A DNA stretch of 64,000 nt from Pseudomonadota bacterium (GCA_021325555.1 JAJPGY010000041.1:3317-67316); one strand, 5' to 3'. Shown: positions 27,462 to 37,719, counted from the stretch's first letter. The notes: generated by a model not told the origin, from the sequence alone. Translations and numbers: made by a program.

Positions 27462-28865
27462 CTACTTGACGTTGAAGATAAGGAGGCTGACCACGACCGG
27501 GCGCTTGCCGCTGGCCGGTCTCGACAGTTGGAAGGCCACCTGGCTGAGCGGGTACACATAGTTCTGTCCGGACCCGGACATCGGCTCCGAGAGGATAAAG
27601 GTCGGCTCGCCGAACCTCATCTTTACCGACGAGACGTCGTCGCCCAGCAAGACGCCGAACTCGGGACCGACCAGCGAGTTGTCGAAGATTCTAAGGGCCT
27701 CTACCAGCCCGTTGCGCATGTAGACCTGCAGGGCAGTGCTCTTCGATCCCCGCCTGGGCAACGACCAGACGGTCCAGCGGCTGACGACCTGCTGCCTGGC
27801 ACTGCCCATGGTGGCAAGGGCCCGCCTGGCCGTGGCCTCCGAACTGCCCAGACGGACGAGCGGGATGCCTGTCACCACATTCGGTGGCAGGAGGGCGACC
27901 TCGACTGCCCGGCGGCTTTTCTTTGCCGGGGCGGGCTGGCGCCAGGACTCGCCGGCCGCGTGCTCCTGAACGGCTGGCGGGCAGGGAGCAGCTTCCTGCG
28001 CCCGGGGCTCGCCTGGCACGTCGGCGGGCGCGCTGAAAGGCGCGTGGCCGACTTTTCCCGCGGTCTGAACTCGGGGCCTGCTGAGCGAGTCCGCAGGCGC
28101 GCCGAAAGGCCATGACTGGACCTTCGGCGCCGAGGCCGGGACGACGGCGACCGTCGTTGCCTTTGCCGCATCCTGCCGGCGGGCAGCCGGAGCGCGGGCG
28201 GCGCCGGCGCTCTGCACGGCGCTGGCCAGCTCCGCCAGCCTGTACAGCTTGCCGGCGGCACCGGTCATCCGCGCCCGCGACTCCGGCGACAGCCGGCTGG
28301 CGATGCTCTCCGCGTCAGCCTGCTGCTTTTCCCAGATGCCGAGCGGGTTCGGCGCCCCGGGCACCGGCTGCCCCTCCCTGGCTGTAGACGGCCCGCTGGC
28401 GGCAGCCGGCAGCTGTGCCGACGCCTTCTCCGGCTGCCCGGAGCCGCGCTCCCAGAAACCCCGGCGATCGTTGACCGCGGCCCCGCCGCCGGCGCCGCCG
28501 TAGCCGCCCGAGTAGGAGAGGACGTAGTCCTTGCTGGCTGCAGCCGGCGTGTTGGCCTCCTCCCTGGGGCGGATGGCCAGCCTGTAATCGGTCGGTCCCT
28601 GTTGCGCGTTCAAAGCGTTCTGCTCGTTCTGGTACTTCAGCCCCTGCCGGGCCATGGCGATCTGCGGCTCGTTGCGCACCCGCCGGAGGATGTCCTCCAG
28701 GAGCTTGATGCCCGCCTCCGGTGAGGGCACGCCCGGGCAGCCGCCGGGCAGCGGCACAGGCGCGGCCGCGGGCTGCCCGTTGCCGCCGGGCCTGGCCGCG
28801 TCCGCGGCGGCCGCGAACATGATTGCGGCAGCCAGCACAGGGACGGTGAAATTAGAGAACCTCAA
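27462..28865 (-). CDS. Secreted hypothetical protein (signal peptide), last gene of the CHASE2 kinase operon
   Basis: 467 aa. MRFSNFTVPVLAAAIMFAAAADA is signal-like. A long low-complexity middle is followed by a structured-looking C-terminal ~140 aa. The start lies 1 nt after the regulator stop. Confidence 0.55.
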   Translation of the reverse strand: MRFSNFTVPVLAAAIMFAAAADAARPGGNGQPAAAPVPLPGGCPGVPSPEAGIKLLEDILRRVRNEPQIAMARQGLKYQNEQNALNAQQGPTDYRLAIRPREEANTPAAASKDYVLSYSGGYGGAGGGAAVNDRRGFWERGSGQPEKASAQLPAAASGPSTAREGQPVPGAPNPLGIWEKQQADAESIASRLSPESRARMTGAAGKLYRLAELASAVQSAGAARAPAARRQDAAKATTVAVVPASAPKVQSWPFGAPADSLSRPRVQTAGKVGHAPFSAPADVPGEPRAQEAAPCPPAVQEHAAGESWRQPAPAKKSRRAVEVALLPPNVVTGIPLVRLGSSEATARRALATMGSARQQVVSRWTVWSLPRRGSKSTALQVYMRNGLVEALRIFDNSLVGPEFGVLLGDDVSSVKMRFGEPTFILSEPMSGSGQNYVYPLSQVAFQLSRPASGKRPVVVSLLIFNVK

Positions 28866-28866
28866 A

Positions 28867-29577
28867 TCAGCCTCCCGCCTTCGTCTCCAGCAACTTCGTC
28901 TCCCACTCCTCCAGCTCCGACTGGTTGATCAGCCCGCGGCGGGTGGCCAGGTACACCGCCCGGCAGCGCTGATTGAACTCCGTGTCGTGCGACTCGCTCC
29001 GCCCCGGAATTGCCAGCTTGGCGTAAAGCGATTTCAGGCGGGACTGCACCGCCTTCTCCGTCAGGTAAAGCCGCCTGGCGATGCCGTGATCGGTAAGACC
29101 GAGGGCGATGCAGGCCAGCGCCTCATACTCCGCCGAGGTGAGATTTGTCGCCCGGTTCTGCGTGCGCTGGATGACCCGGGCGATGCCGGGGTGGATCCAG
29201 CAGTCCCCGGACAGCACCGCCCGCGCCGCCTCCACCACCTGCTCGTTGGAGGCGTTCTTCAATATGTAGCCGAAAGCGCCGTTGGGCGGCACCACCTTCC
29301 AGAGCTGGCGCACGTACACCTCGTCGGCGAAGTTGGACAGCATGAGGACGCCGGTTTCCGGCAGCTTATCCAGGATCTGCTCGGCGGCCTTGATGCCGGA
29401 GAGCCTGGGCATCTTGATGTCCAGGAAAACGAGCTTCGGGCGGAGCTTCAAAGCCTGCTCGATCGCCTCCTGACCGTCGGCGGCTTCGTGAATCGGCTGG
29501 TCATCGAGGTGGGCGGACAGCAGATCCTTCAGCCACTTGCGATCTCTTTCCTCGTCGTCGGCAATCAATATCGTCAT
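28867..29577 (-). CDS. NarL/LuxR-family response regulator
   Basis: Start MTILIADDEE... at ATG 29577. REC domain (KLVFLDIKMPRLSG) plus a LuxR-type HTH (LTSAEYEALACIALGLTDHGIARRLYLTEKAVQSRLKSLYAKL), with an extra C-terminal ~45 aa. Confidence 0.85.
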   Translation of the reverse strand: MTILIADDEERDRKWLKDLLSAHLDDQPIHEAADGQEAIEQALKLRPKLVFLDIKMPRLSGIKAAEQILDKLPETGVLMLSNFADEVYVRQLWKVVPPNGAFGYILKNASNEQVVEAARAVLSGDCWIHPGIARVIQRTQNRATNLTSAEYEALACIALGLTDHGIARRLYLTEKAVQSRLKSLYAKLAIPGRSESHDTEFNQRCRAVYLATRRGLINQSELEEWETKLLETKAGG

Positions 29578-29588
29578 CGCTCCCTCCT

Positions 29589-31490
29589 TCAGCTTTTCTC
29601 CGTCCGGATCTCCAGGCGCACCTCCGTGCCGGAGGAAAAATCCGCCGGCTTTCTCCATTCCACTCGAGCCCCGATCAACTGCGCCCGCTGCCGGATATTG
29701 ATGAGACCGTGAGAGTCGCGCCTCACAAGGCGCGGGTCGATCCCTTTCCCGTCATCGGCGACGGAGATAAGCAGGCTTCCATCCGCCTCCTTGATCGTCA
29801 GCTGAACCGTGGCCGCGCCGGCGTGCTTCTGCACGTTGTTCAGCGACTCCTGCACTATTCTGTAAAGCTGCAGCTTGGTGAACCAGTTGAGCTCGCACTC
29901 ATGGTTGCCGACGCCGTCGACGAACCGACCTTCGATGCCGCCTTCGCGCGAACAGATGTTGAGCAGGTTCTCGAGCGCCGGCACGAATCCCATCGTCTCC
30001 AGCACCGACGGGTGCAGGTCGTTTATCACGCGGCGCATCTCCGAAACCGCCGAGTCCAGCCGTTCGCGCATCTGCCCGGGAACCGGGTTGCCGGAAAGGT
30101 CGGTCGCCAGGCGATCGGCCATGCGGGCTACGGCGGAAAGCGCGGGGAGCGTCTCGTCATGGAGGTCCTCGGCTATGCGCCGGCGCTCCTCCTCGGCGCG
30201 CACCTGCATCGACTCCCGGGCGGCGGCCAGCTCCTTGTTGCGCTGCCGCAGGTCGGTGTCGAGAAAAATGACCGTGCCCAGGATGAAGCAGGCAAACAGC
30301 ACCGTCAGCGATGGCACGATCGGAACCGCCAGGCAAAACGCCTGGAAGCTGACTTGCGCCACCACCAGCAGTATCAACGTGCCCAGAAGGAAAAAAGCCG
30401 TCCGCGTGCTCAAGGGCAGGGCCGATGAGAAGGCCCCGCAGATAGCCCCCAGGAAGATAAGGAAATGCCTGGCGATGCCACCGGCGAAACTGTATATGGC
30501 CCTGTCGGAAAGCAAAGTCGAGATGGCCTGCGCTTGCACGAGCACTTCGGGTTGCGAGTCGGCAAGCGGCGTCTTGCAACGCAGCGGGTCGTCCCTGCGG
30601 AAAGTGAAGGCACATCCGATAAGAACTATGCGATCCTTGAAGCGGCCCGGGTCGAAGTCCGGCGACAGGACGTCCTTAAGAGAAACCTTCGGGTAGGCCT
30701 GCCTCTTGAAGTTGATGTAGATCGGCTGATCCTTCCGCGCGGAAAGGAACTGGCTGGGCGAGCCCACCCCCTTCACCCGCCGGTAGACCTCCATTACCGC
30801 CTCGGTCAGCGACGGCACCGGTGCCAGCCCCGATTCCTCCGGGCCCGCCTTTCCTTCGCAGGTGACCGGCAATCGATAGACAATGCCGTTCGATTCCCGC
30901 GCCAGCTCGCTGTAGCCATAGGAGGCAGCATGCGTCATGAACTCGGCAGCAGGCAGATCGGTGCTGCCTTCCAGGCTGCCGAAGAGCCCGAGCACCACGT
31001 TGCGGTAGCGGCTGAACAGGCGCGTCAGCGCCTCGTTGGTCGCTCCCCTCAAATCGAGGTCGATGACGACCACCGCCGGCTGCCCCTTCTCGATGGCGGC
31101 CAGCGCCTCGCTCAAGATGCCCTGCGAGCGCTGGTCGTTGAAGCGGGCGATCCCCAGGTCGAACTGCGAGGAGTCGTCGAAGGTGACGATGGTTACCTCC
31201 TTCGAGGCCGGCAGCGCCGCGCTCAAGCCTGCGAGCTGATCTGATACCCTGTATCTCCACTTGAGCATGCTCAGCTCGAGGCTCTCCAGAAAAGGCGACT
31301 GTGCGAGGACAATGGCGGCCAGACAGCCGGCCAGTGCCCCCCAGAACAGGCGCTGGAAGAAAAGGCTGTCCTGGCCTTTCATCTTCTGTCCGGGGGAAAG
31401 AAGGCGGATCACGGGCGCCGTTTGCGGGCTCATTGTTTCTCCGGAGCAGCTGCCTGCTCCAAGAGTAGTGTATCCGACATTTTGCCGCAA
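29589..31490 (-). CDS. CHASE2-domain sensor histidine kinase (HisKA_3 / NarX-LiaS type)
   Basis: Periplasmic CHASE2-like region (LESLELSMLKWRYRV...VVIDLDL...), then a cluster of hydrophobic helices. H-box AEDLHDETLPALSAV, N-box QESLNNVQKHAGA, G-box DDGKGIDP. The true start may be internal (MSPQ... or MKGQ...). Confidence 0.8.
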   Translation of the reverse strand: MRQNVGYTTLGAGSCSGETMSPQTAPVIRLLSPGQKMKGQDSLFFQRLFWGALAGCLAAIVLAQSPFLESLELSMLKWRYRVSDQLAGLSAALPASKEVTIVTFDDSSQFDLGIARFNDQRSQGILSEALAAIEKGQPAVVVIDLDLRGATNEALTRLFSRYRNVVLGLFGSLEGSTDLPAAEFMTHAASYGYSELARESNGIVYRLPVTCEGKAGPEESGLAPVPSLTEAVMEVYRRVKGVGSPSQFLSARKDQPIYINFKRQAYPKVSLKDVLSPDFDPGRFKDRIVLIGCAFTFRRDDPLRCKTPLADSQPEVLVQAQAISTLLSDRAIYSFAGGIARHFLIFLGAICGAFSSALPLSTRTAFFLLGTLILLVVAQVSFQAFCLAVPIVPSLTVLFACFILGTVIFLDTDLRQRNKELAAARESMQVRAEEERRRIAEDLHDETLPALSAVARMADRLATDLSGNPVPGQMRERLDSAVSEMRRVINDLHPSVLETMGFVPALENLLNICSREGGIEGRFVDGVGNHECELNWFTKLQLYRIVQESLNNVQKHAGAATVQLTIKEADGSLLISVADDGKGIDPRLVRRDSHGLINIRQRAQLIGARVEWRKPADFSSGTEVRLEIRTEKS

Positions 31491-31652
31491 TTTCCTGGGG
31501 TTAACCCCAGTTGCGCCTGCCCTTTACCCCCGGCGTCACGGGCGTCCCCGGCCGGTAGCCTGTAGATGGAACCAACAGGCAACCCGACATGCCCCGCCGG
31601 GGCGCATTCCATGCGCCCGAACTGCCGGCTGACGTTGAAGAGAGGTTTAACC

Positions 31653-34211
31653 ATGAAACGCGCTGCCCTCACATCGGTACTCTCGCTTGCGGCATCCTTA
31701 TTTGTAGCGCCGGCGGCCCCGGCTTCCGGCATCATCATGATCGATTCCGGGCCAGGCATGCCGGCCGTGGCCATGCTGCCCGGGGCCCCGGTCATGCCGC
31801 CGGTGCTGCACCCGCCCGCGCACACGGTCAGGCCCCCGACTCACGCGCGCCCGCCGGTCGCCAATCCGCCCGCGCTCACGCGGCCGGTCCTCAAAGGGTC
31901 GGTATCTTACGGTCTGCACCTGCAGTCCGAGAACGTGAAGGTGGATATTACCGATCAGGTGGCGAGAACGTACATCTGCCAGACCTTCACCAACACGACC
32001 GACCGCAACCTGGCCGGCACCTACCTCTTTCCGCTGCCGGAGGACACAACCTTCAGCTCCTTCTCCCTGCACATCGACGGCAAGCCGGTGGAAGGCAAGA
32101 TACTGGAAGCCAAAGAAGCAAGGCAGCAGTACGAGCAGATTGTCCGGCAGATGGTCGACCCCGGGCTTCTGGAATACGCGGACTACAAGACCGTGCGCGC
32201 CCGCATATTTCCCATCCCCGCCCACGGCACCAAGAAAGTGGAGCTGGAGTACACGCAGGTGCTGCGCGCGCAAGCCGGCATGCTCAAGTATCGCTTCCCG
32301 CTGAAGGCCGAAGGCCAGAGCGAGCCGGCCGACGAGATCAAAGTCGACGTCAAGCTGGCCAGCAGGCAAGGCCTGCGCGCCATCTGGTCGCCGAGCCACA
32401 CCATCGCCTCGACGCGCCCCGACGACCACCACGCCAGGATCGCCTATCTGGCCCACGATGCCGTGCCGGACAAGGACTTTCTTCTCTATTACAGCGTCTC
32501 CGACAGGGAGCTGGCGGCCAACCTGCTCACCCACAAGAATGCCGGCGAGGACGGCTACTTCCTGCTGACCCTGACACCGCCGGTGGAGACAAAGCAGGTC
32601 GCCGCCAAGGACGTCGTGCTCGTCGCCGACACATCAGGATCCATGCAGGGCGAGAAGATGGAGGAGAGCAAGAAGGCCCTCAAGTATGTGGTGAACGCTC
32701 TGCATGCCGGCGATCGCTTCGACATCATCCAGTTCAGCACGGACGTGGAGCGCTTCAAGACCCAGCTCGTGCAGGCCACGCCGGAAAACAAGAAGAGCGC
32801 CGCCTCGTTCGTCGACGACCTGGAGGCGCACGGCGGCACCAATATCGGTGACGCGCTGAAGACAGCCGTCGGGCTGCTCAAGGAGAGGTCCGATCGGCCG
32901 GTATACATCGTGCTCATGACCGACGGCGAGCCGACGGTCGGCGAGACGAGCATAGCCAGCCTGCTGAAGACGGTTCCCCCGGACCGGCAGATCCGTCTTT
33001 TTGATTTCGGCGTCGGCTACGACGTCAACACGCGGCTGCTCAATAAGCTGGCCGAGGCCAACCACGGCACAAGCCACTACGTTGAGCCGCAGGAGGACAT
33101 GGAGACCGCGCTGTCGGCCTTCTATCAAAAGATAAGCAGCCCGATCCTCACCGACGTCAAAATAAGCTACGAGGGGATCGAGACGAAGAACACCTATCCG
33201 CGCGAGGTGAAGGACATCTTCGCCGGCTCGCAGGCGCTTCTGATCGGGCGCTACAAGGGCTCCGGCAAAGCGGTGGTCAGGCTGACCGGCAAGCTGAACG
33301 GCGTTGCCCGCGCCTATTCTTTCCCGGTGAACTTCGCCAGCCAGGAGAGCGACCACACCTACCTGCCGCGCCTGTGGGCGATGCGCCGCATCGGCTACCT
33401 GACCGAGGTCGCGCAGGACAACGGCAACTCGCCGGAGGTGGTGGACGAGATCGTGGCCCTGTCCCGGAAGTACGGGATCATCAGCGCCTACACCTCCTTC
33501 CTGGTCACCGACCCCAGCGAGAACCGCCGCCTGCCGGCGACAGTGATGCCCGCAGGCAGGATACGGGCGACGAGCCCGGCCGCCCCGCCCCCGCCTTACA
33601 TACCAACGCCGGTCGTGTCTTATGCCGGCGCCGGCGGTGGCGGTGGCCGCGCAATCAGGGTTATGGGCGCCCTGTCCGGGCATGCTGCAGGCGGCGCCGG
33701 CGGCAGCGTCTATCCGGCCCCCCTCGAATTGCAGACGGCCAGTGCCAGGCCGGTTGTGAGCGACGCCCGGTCCGGGGCCGCCGACGCGCTGGGCGGCTCC
33801 CCTCATGCAGCCTTCGACTCCGTCCGCCGGGAGGAAGCGCGGCAGGCCAGGATGATGCGATCATATGCCGCCGCGGCGCCGACCGGGCGGGCCGCGGTCA
33901 AAGCCGCCAAGGCTGCCAGCAACTTCCAGTGGACGACGGCGCTGGACACGGAAAGGGACGCGGCACAGCCCGGCGTGAAGACGATCGAGGACAAGACCTT
34001 CTATCTCAAGGATGGATTTTGGACCGACAGCGATGCCGATGCCGGGAACACGGCCCGCAGCGAGGTCGTCACGTTTGGCAGCGACAGATATTTCGAGTTG
34101 ATCCGAAGCAACCCTGGAATCTCCAAATATCTGGCGGTTGGTCGCCAAGTGGTTCTCTGTTACAAGGGCCACTGCTACAAGATTGTGGACGCGAAAGGCG
34201 CCACAGGTTAG
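31653..34211 (+). CDS. Secreted VIT-domain / von Willebrand factor A-domain protein
   Basis: Start MKRAALTSVLSLAASLFVAPAAPASG (signal-like) at ATG 31653. VIT region (VKVDITDQVARTYICQTFTNT...FPLPEDTTFSSFSLHIDGKPVEGKILEAKEAR). vWA MIDAS motif DVVLVADTSGSMQG. Confidence 0.85.
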   Translation: MKRAALTSVLSLAASLFVAPAAPASGIIMIDSGPGMPAVAMLPGAPVMPPVLHPPAHTVRPPTHARPPVANPPALTRPVLKGSVSYGLHLQSENVKVDITDQVARTYICQTFTNTTDRNLAGTYLFPLPEDTTFSSFSLHIDGKPVEGKILEAKEARQQYEQIVRQMVDPGLLEYADYKTVRARIFPIPAHGTKKVELEYTQVLRAQAGMLKYRFPLKAEGQSEPADEIKVDVKLASRQGLRAIWSPSHTIASTRPDDHHARIAYLAHDAVPDKDFLLYYSVSDRELAANLLTHKNAGEDGYFLLTLTPPVETKQVAAKDVVLVADTSGSMQGEKMEESKKALKYVVNALHAGDRFDIIQFSTDVERFKTQLVQATPENKKSAASFVDDLEAHGGTNIGDALKTAVGLLKERSDRPVYIVLMTDGEPTVGETSIASLLKTVPPDRQIRLFDFGVGYDVNTRLLNKLAEANHGTSHYVEPQEDMETALSAFYQKISSPILTDVKISYEGIETKNTYPREVKDIFAGSQALLIGRYKGSGKAVVRLTGKLNGVARAYSFPVNFASQESDHTYLPRLWAMRRIGYLTEVAQDNGNSPEVVDEIVALSRKYGIISAYTSFLVTDPSENRRLPATVMPAGRIRATSPAAPPPPYIPTPVVSYAGAGGGGGRAIRVMGALSGHAAGGAGGSVYPAPLELQTASARPVVSDARSGAADALGGSPHAAFDSVRREEARQARMMRSYAAAAPTGRAAVKAAKAASNFQWTTALDTERDAAQPGVKTIEDKTFYLKDGFWTDSDADAGNTARSEVVTFGSDRYFELIRSNPGISKYLAVGRQVVLCYKGHCYKIVDAKGATG

Positions 34212-34262
34212 GCAAGAAGCGGAGGCCCATCCACCCGACAGTCCCAACTCCGCGACTTGCCA

Positions 34263-34826
34263 TCAATGGAAGAGCTTCGGTTGCCTCCGCTGGGACCGGG
34301 GCTCTTTCCATACCTTCTCCACGACCTTGAAAGGGTGATAGCCCTGGACTTTGAGCAGCGCCTGGATTTCGGCAAACGACGTGCGCGAGCCGTCGAAGCT
34401 TACGGTGGCCTCCGGCGCCGCGGCCGGGGCGGCCTCCCAGGCACCGTAATAGCGGGCGCTCACCGGCAGCTCGACCCTGGCCTTTACGACGCCGGGCATC
34501 TCCTTGATCTTCCTTTCCAGCTCGTGCAAGCAGGCCGTGCAGCTCGAGCCGGACAGACGCATCTGCAAGGTTTTTATCGGTCCGGGGGCGGCGCTTTCGC
34601 CGGCTTTCTCCGGGGCGGCCCCCGGTGGTCCGGCCGCGGCCGTTCCGGGCTGCCCGTCGCTGCCTGCGGAGCGGGAAGGCTCGGCCGCCGGCAGGCCGCC
34701 GGCGCTCGTCTCCGTTGCCGGGACACCGCCGGCCCGCGCGGCATCCTCCCCCGGCGCCGGGGCCACGGCGCTGAAAGCGGCCAGCAGCAAGCCGAGGATG
34801 AGTGAAATTGGTGGCAGATATCTCAT
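34263..34826 (-). CDS. Exported HMA-like (heavy-metal-associated fold) protein with a non-canonical CxxC
   Basis: Start MRYLPPISLILGLLLAAFSAVA at ATG 34826. A low-complexity linker is followed by LQMRLSGSSCTACLHELERKIKEMPGVVKARVE...SFAEIQALLKVQGY, which resembles the ferredoxin-like HMA fold. Confidence 0.5.
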   Translation of the reverse strand: MRYLPPISLILGLLLAAFSAVAPAPGEDAARAGGVPATETSAGGLPAAEPSRSAGSDGQPGTAAAGPPGAAPEKAGESAAPGPIKTLQMRLSGSSCTACLHELERKIKEMPGVVKARVELPVSARYYGAWEAAPAAAPEATVSFDGSRTSFAEIQALLKVQGYHPFKVVEKVWKEPRSQRRQPKLFH

Positions 34827-35066
34827 CGACCGAAACGCGATCCGGGCGCATCCGCCCTCAGCAGCCGCGCGCCTTCCATCCCAGTCTACCCGAGAATCGC
34901 TGGTGCCGCCGGCCGGGGCCGCCGGGAGGGCAGGGCAGATTAATTTGAAATAAATTGCCGGCAGCAAATCTTTGATTTTTGCTTCATCACGCCGATTTCT
35001 TAATTCAGCAGGAATTGGCCGGTTGCTATCATGGTCATTCGACCTCCAGATAGAAGCTGGCAACGC

Positions 35067-36989
35067 ATGTCAACTCTTCTCGAACCGCGGGCGTCCTTGC
35101 TCGAAGCCATCGCCGGCCCGGCCGATTTGAAGCGGCTGTCGCTGCCCGAGCTTAAGGCGCTCGCCGACGAGATTCGGGAAGAGGTCATTCAGTGCGTTTC
35201 GCGAACCGGCGGCCACCTGGCGTCCAACCTGGGCATCGTCGAGATCACGCTCGGGCTCCACTATGTCTTCGACAGCCCGCAAGACAAGATCCTGTGGGAC
35301 GTCGGCCATCAGGCTTACGTGCACAAGATGCTCACCGGGCGGCGCGAACAGTTTGCCACGCTGCGGCAGCACAAGGGGCTGAGCGGTTTCATCAATCCGC
35401 TGGAGAGCGAGCACGACTCCTTCATCGCCGGGCACAGCTCGACGGCGACCTCGCTGGCGGTGGGCATGGCCATCGCCCGCGACCACCTGGGCGAGGACTA
35501 TAAGGTGATCGCCGTGGTTGGCGACGGCGGTCTCACCGGCGGGATGGCGCTGGAGGCCATCAACCACCTCGGGCATATCCAGAGAAACGTCCTCATTATT
35601 TTGAACGACAACGAGATGTCGATCAGCGAGAACCTGGGCGGGCTCTCCCAGTACATGAAGCGCCTCAAGCAGACCTTCTTCTACAGCGACATCAAAAAGA
35701 AGATTGACGAGATCGAGATCGAGCTGGAAGGGGTCAAGCTGCACCCGGCCATTCGCGAGCTCATCGGCGCCGTCAAGCGCCAGGCGAAAGAGCGCTTCGA
35801 GACGCCCGGCATCGTCTTCGAGAAGCTGGGCATCAACTACTCGGGCCCAGTCGACGGGCACGACGTGGCGGCGGTGGTCGATGCCCTGCAAAAGGTGAAG
35901 GATAGAAGCGCCCCGCAGATACTGCATCTGGTGACGCAAAAGGGCAAGGGGTTCGCCCCGGCCGAACAGGATGCGATCAAATATCACGGCGTCCCGGCCT
36001 TCACGCCCGAGAAGGTCGAGCCGGACAGGCCAAAGGTCAAGACCTACTCCGACGCCTTTACCCAGGCGCTGATCGATATCGCCGAGGTAGAACCGCATCT
36101 GGTGGCAATCACCCCGGCCACGGCCGAGGGCAGCGGGCTGGTCAGATTCGGCAAAGCCTACCCCGACCGGTTCTTTGATGTGGCCATATGCGAGCAGCAC
36201 GCGGTCACCATGGCCGCCGGCATGGCCAAGCAGGGGCTGATTCCGGTGGTGTCGATCTATTCGACTTTCCTCCAGCGGGCCATGGATCAACTGATCCACG
36301 ACGTGAGCATCCTCAACCTGCCGGTAATCTTCGGCATCGACCGCGGCGGGCTGGTGGAGGACGGGGAGACGCACCAGGGCGTTTTCGACATCGCCTACCT
36401 GCGCAGCATCCCCAATCTGACAGTGGTGGCGCCCAAAGACGCCCTCGAGCTGCGCGACATGGTCTACACGGCCGTCATGGAGCGGCGCGGTCCGTTTGCG
36501 ATCCGCTTCCCGCGCGACAAGGCCGTCAACGGCGATGCCCGGCACCCGTTCGAAAAGCTGGATTACAAGACCTGGGAGACGGTGAACGCCGGGCATGACA
36601 TTGTGCTGCTCGCCTACGGCTCCATGGTGGCGACGGCCATCGAGGCCCTGCCCCTGCTGCAGGCCGCCGGGCTCGACCCGACGATCGTCAACGCCAGAAG
36701 CTGCAAGCCGCTCGATGAGACGGCGCTGAGCCGATTTGTTCTCGATCCGTCGCTGAAGATAGTTACCCTGGAGGAAGGATGCCTGGCCGGCGGATTCGGC
36801 GCCGCGGTGCTGGAGTGGGCCGCGCAAAAGCGGCTTTCGGCGCCCGGCGCGTCCCAAGCACCTGTCGCCTGCCTGGGGATTCCGGATCGCTTCGTCGAGC
36901 ACGGGGCGCGGAGCATACTTCTGGATCTCAATGGGTTGAGCCCGGGTAAGATAGCGGACTTCGTGATCAAGATCGCTCGGCATTCTTAG
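35067..36989 (+). CDS. dxs: 1-deoxy-D-xylulose-5-phosphate synthase
   Basis: Start MSTLLEPRASLLEAIAGPADLKRL at ATG 35067. GHQAYVHKMLTGR, TPP motif GDGGLTGGMALEA...NDN, and AICEQHAVTMAAGMA. Confidence 0.95.
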   Translation: MSTLLEPRASLLEAIAGPADLKRLSLPELKALADEIREEVIQCVSRTGGHLASNLGIVEITLGLHYVFDSPQDKILWDVGHQAYVHKMLTGRREQFATLRQHKGLSGFINPLESEHDSFIAGHSSTATSLAVGMAIARDHLGEDYKVIAVVGDGGLTGGMALEAINHLGHIQRNVLIILNDNEMSISENLGGLSQYMKRLKQTFFYSDIKKKIDEIEIELEGVKLHPAIRELIGAVKRQAKERFETPGIVFEKLGINYSGPVDGHDVAAVVDALQKVKDRSAPQILHLVTQKGKGFAPAEQDAIKYHGVPAFTPEKVEPDRPKVKTYSDAFTQALIDIAEVEPHLVAITPATAEGSGLVRFGKAYPDRFFDVAICEQHAVTMAAGMAKQGLIPVVSIYSTFLQRAMDQLIHDVSILNLPVIFGIDRGGLVEDGETHQGVFDIAYLRSIPNLTVVAPKDALELRDMVYTAVMERRGPFAIRFPRDKAVNGDARHPFEKLDYKTWETVNAGHDIVLLAYGSMVATAIEALPLLQAAGLDPTIVNARSCKPLDETALSRFVLDPSLKIVTLEEGCLAGGFGAAVLEWAAQKRLSAPGASQAPVACLGIPDRFVEHGARSILLDLNGLSPGKIADFVIKIARHS

Positions 36990-37013
36990 CGGCATACCCT
37001 GAACCGCCGGGCA

Positions 37014-37065
37014 GGTGCAGGCGCAAGCGCCTGCACCAGGCAATTTGCGGGCACGGCTGCCCGCA
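37014..37065. terminator. Two adjacent GC-rich hairpins between convergent dxs and recR (candidate bidirectional terminator)
   Basis: GGTGCAGGCGC-AA-GCGCCTGCACC at 37014-37037, followed by ...CAATTTG. TGCGGGC-ACGGCT-GCCCGCA at 37046-37065. No long U-tract. Confidence 0.4.
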
Positions 37066-37098
37066 CGGCAGGCCTCGTCGAGACGCAGGGCCCGGGGC

Positions 37099-37695
37099 TC
37101 ACACCTCGCGGCGGCCCTCCATCGCCCTGGCCAGGGTGACGTCATCGGCGTATTCGAGGTCGCCGCCCACCGGCAGCCCGAAGGCGATTCTGGTCACCTT
37201 CACGCCCAGCGGCTTGAGAAGGTGATTCAGGTAGAGCACCGTCGCATCGCCCTCCACGGTCGGATTAATGGCCAGGATCACCTCCGACACCTGCTCGGCG
37301 CCGACACGGTTGACCAGCTCCCTGATGCTCAGCTGGTCGGGGCCTTTGCCTTCCAGTGGCGAGATCAAGCCGGTGAGAACGTGATAGACGCCCCGGAACT
37401 CCCTGGTTCGCTCCAGGGCGATGAGATCGCGGGGCTCGGCGACCACGCAGATCACGTGCCTGTCCCGTTTCTCGTTGACGCAGATCTCGCAGGGATCCTG
37501 GGCCGAGAGGTTGAAACAGTGGCTGCAGTGCCTCACCTTCTCCTTGGCCTCGACGATCGCGCCGGCCAGCTCGCGGACGGACTCCGGGGTCAGCGAGAGC
37601 ACGTGGAAAGCCATTCGCTGCGCGGATTTCGGGCCGACGCCGGGAAACTTCTGAAACTCTTCAATCAGCTTGGCTAATGGCCTGGTGAAGTACAT
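37099..37695 (-). CDS. recR: Recombination protein RecR
   Basis: 198 aa. [17 protein letters not shown] (HhH), zinc finger [16 protein letters not shown], and a Toprim region. Confidence 0.95.
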   Translation of the reverse strand: MYFTRPLAKLIEEFQKFPGVGPKSAQRMAFHVLSLTPESVRELAGAIVEAKEKVRHCSHCFNLSAQDPCEICVNEKRDRHVICVVAEPRDLIALERTREFRGVYHVLTGLISPLEGKGPDQLSIRELVNRVGAEQVSEVILAINPTVEGDATVLYLNHLLKPLGVKVTRIAFGLPVGGDLEYADDVTLARAMEGRREV

Positions 37696-37719
37696 GCGCG
37701 AAGGGCGGCTCAGGTCCGC

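Noticed and set aside
31589-32851. 420-aa alternative-frame ORF overlapping the VIT-vWA gene, and 31430-31825 on the minus strand.
   Set aside because: The translation is Arg/Pro/Gly-rich, while the VIT-vWA frame has signal peptide, VIT and MIDAS motifs.
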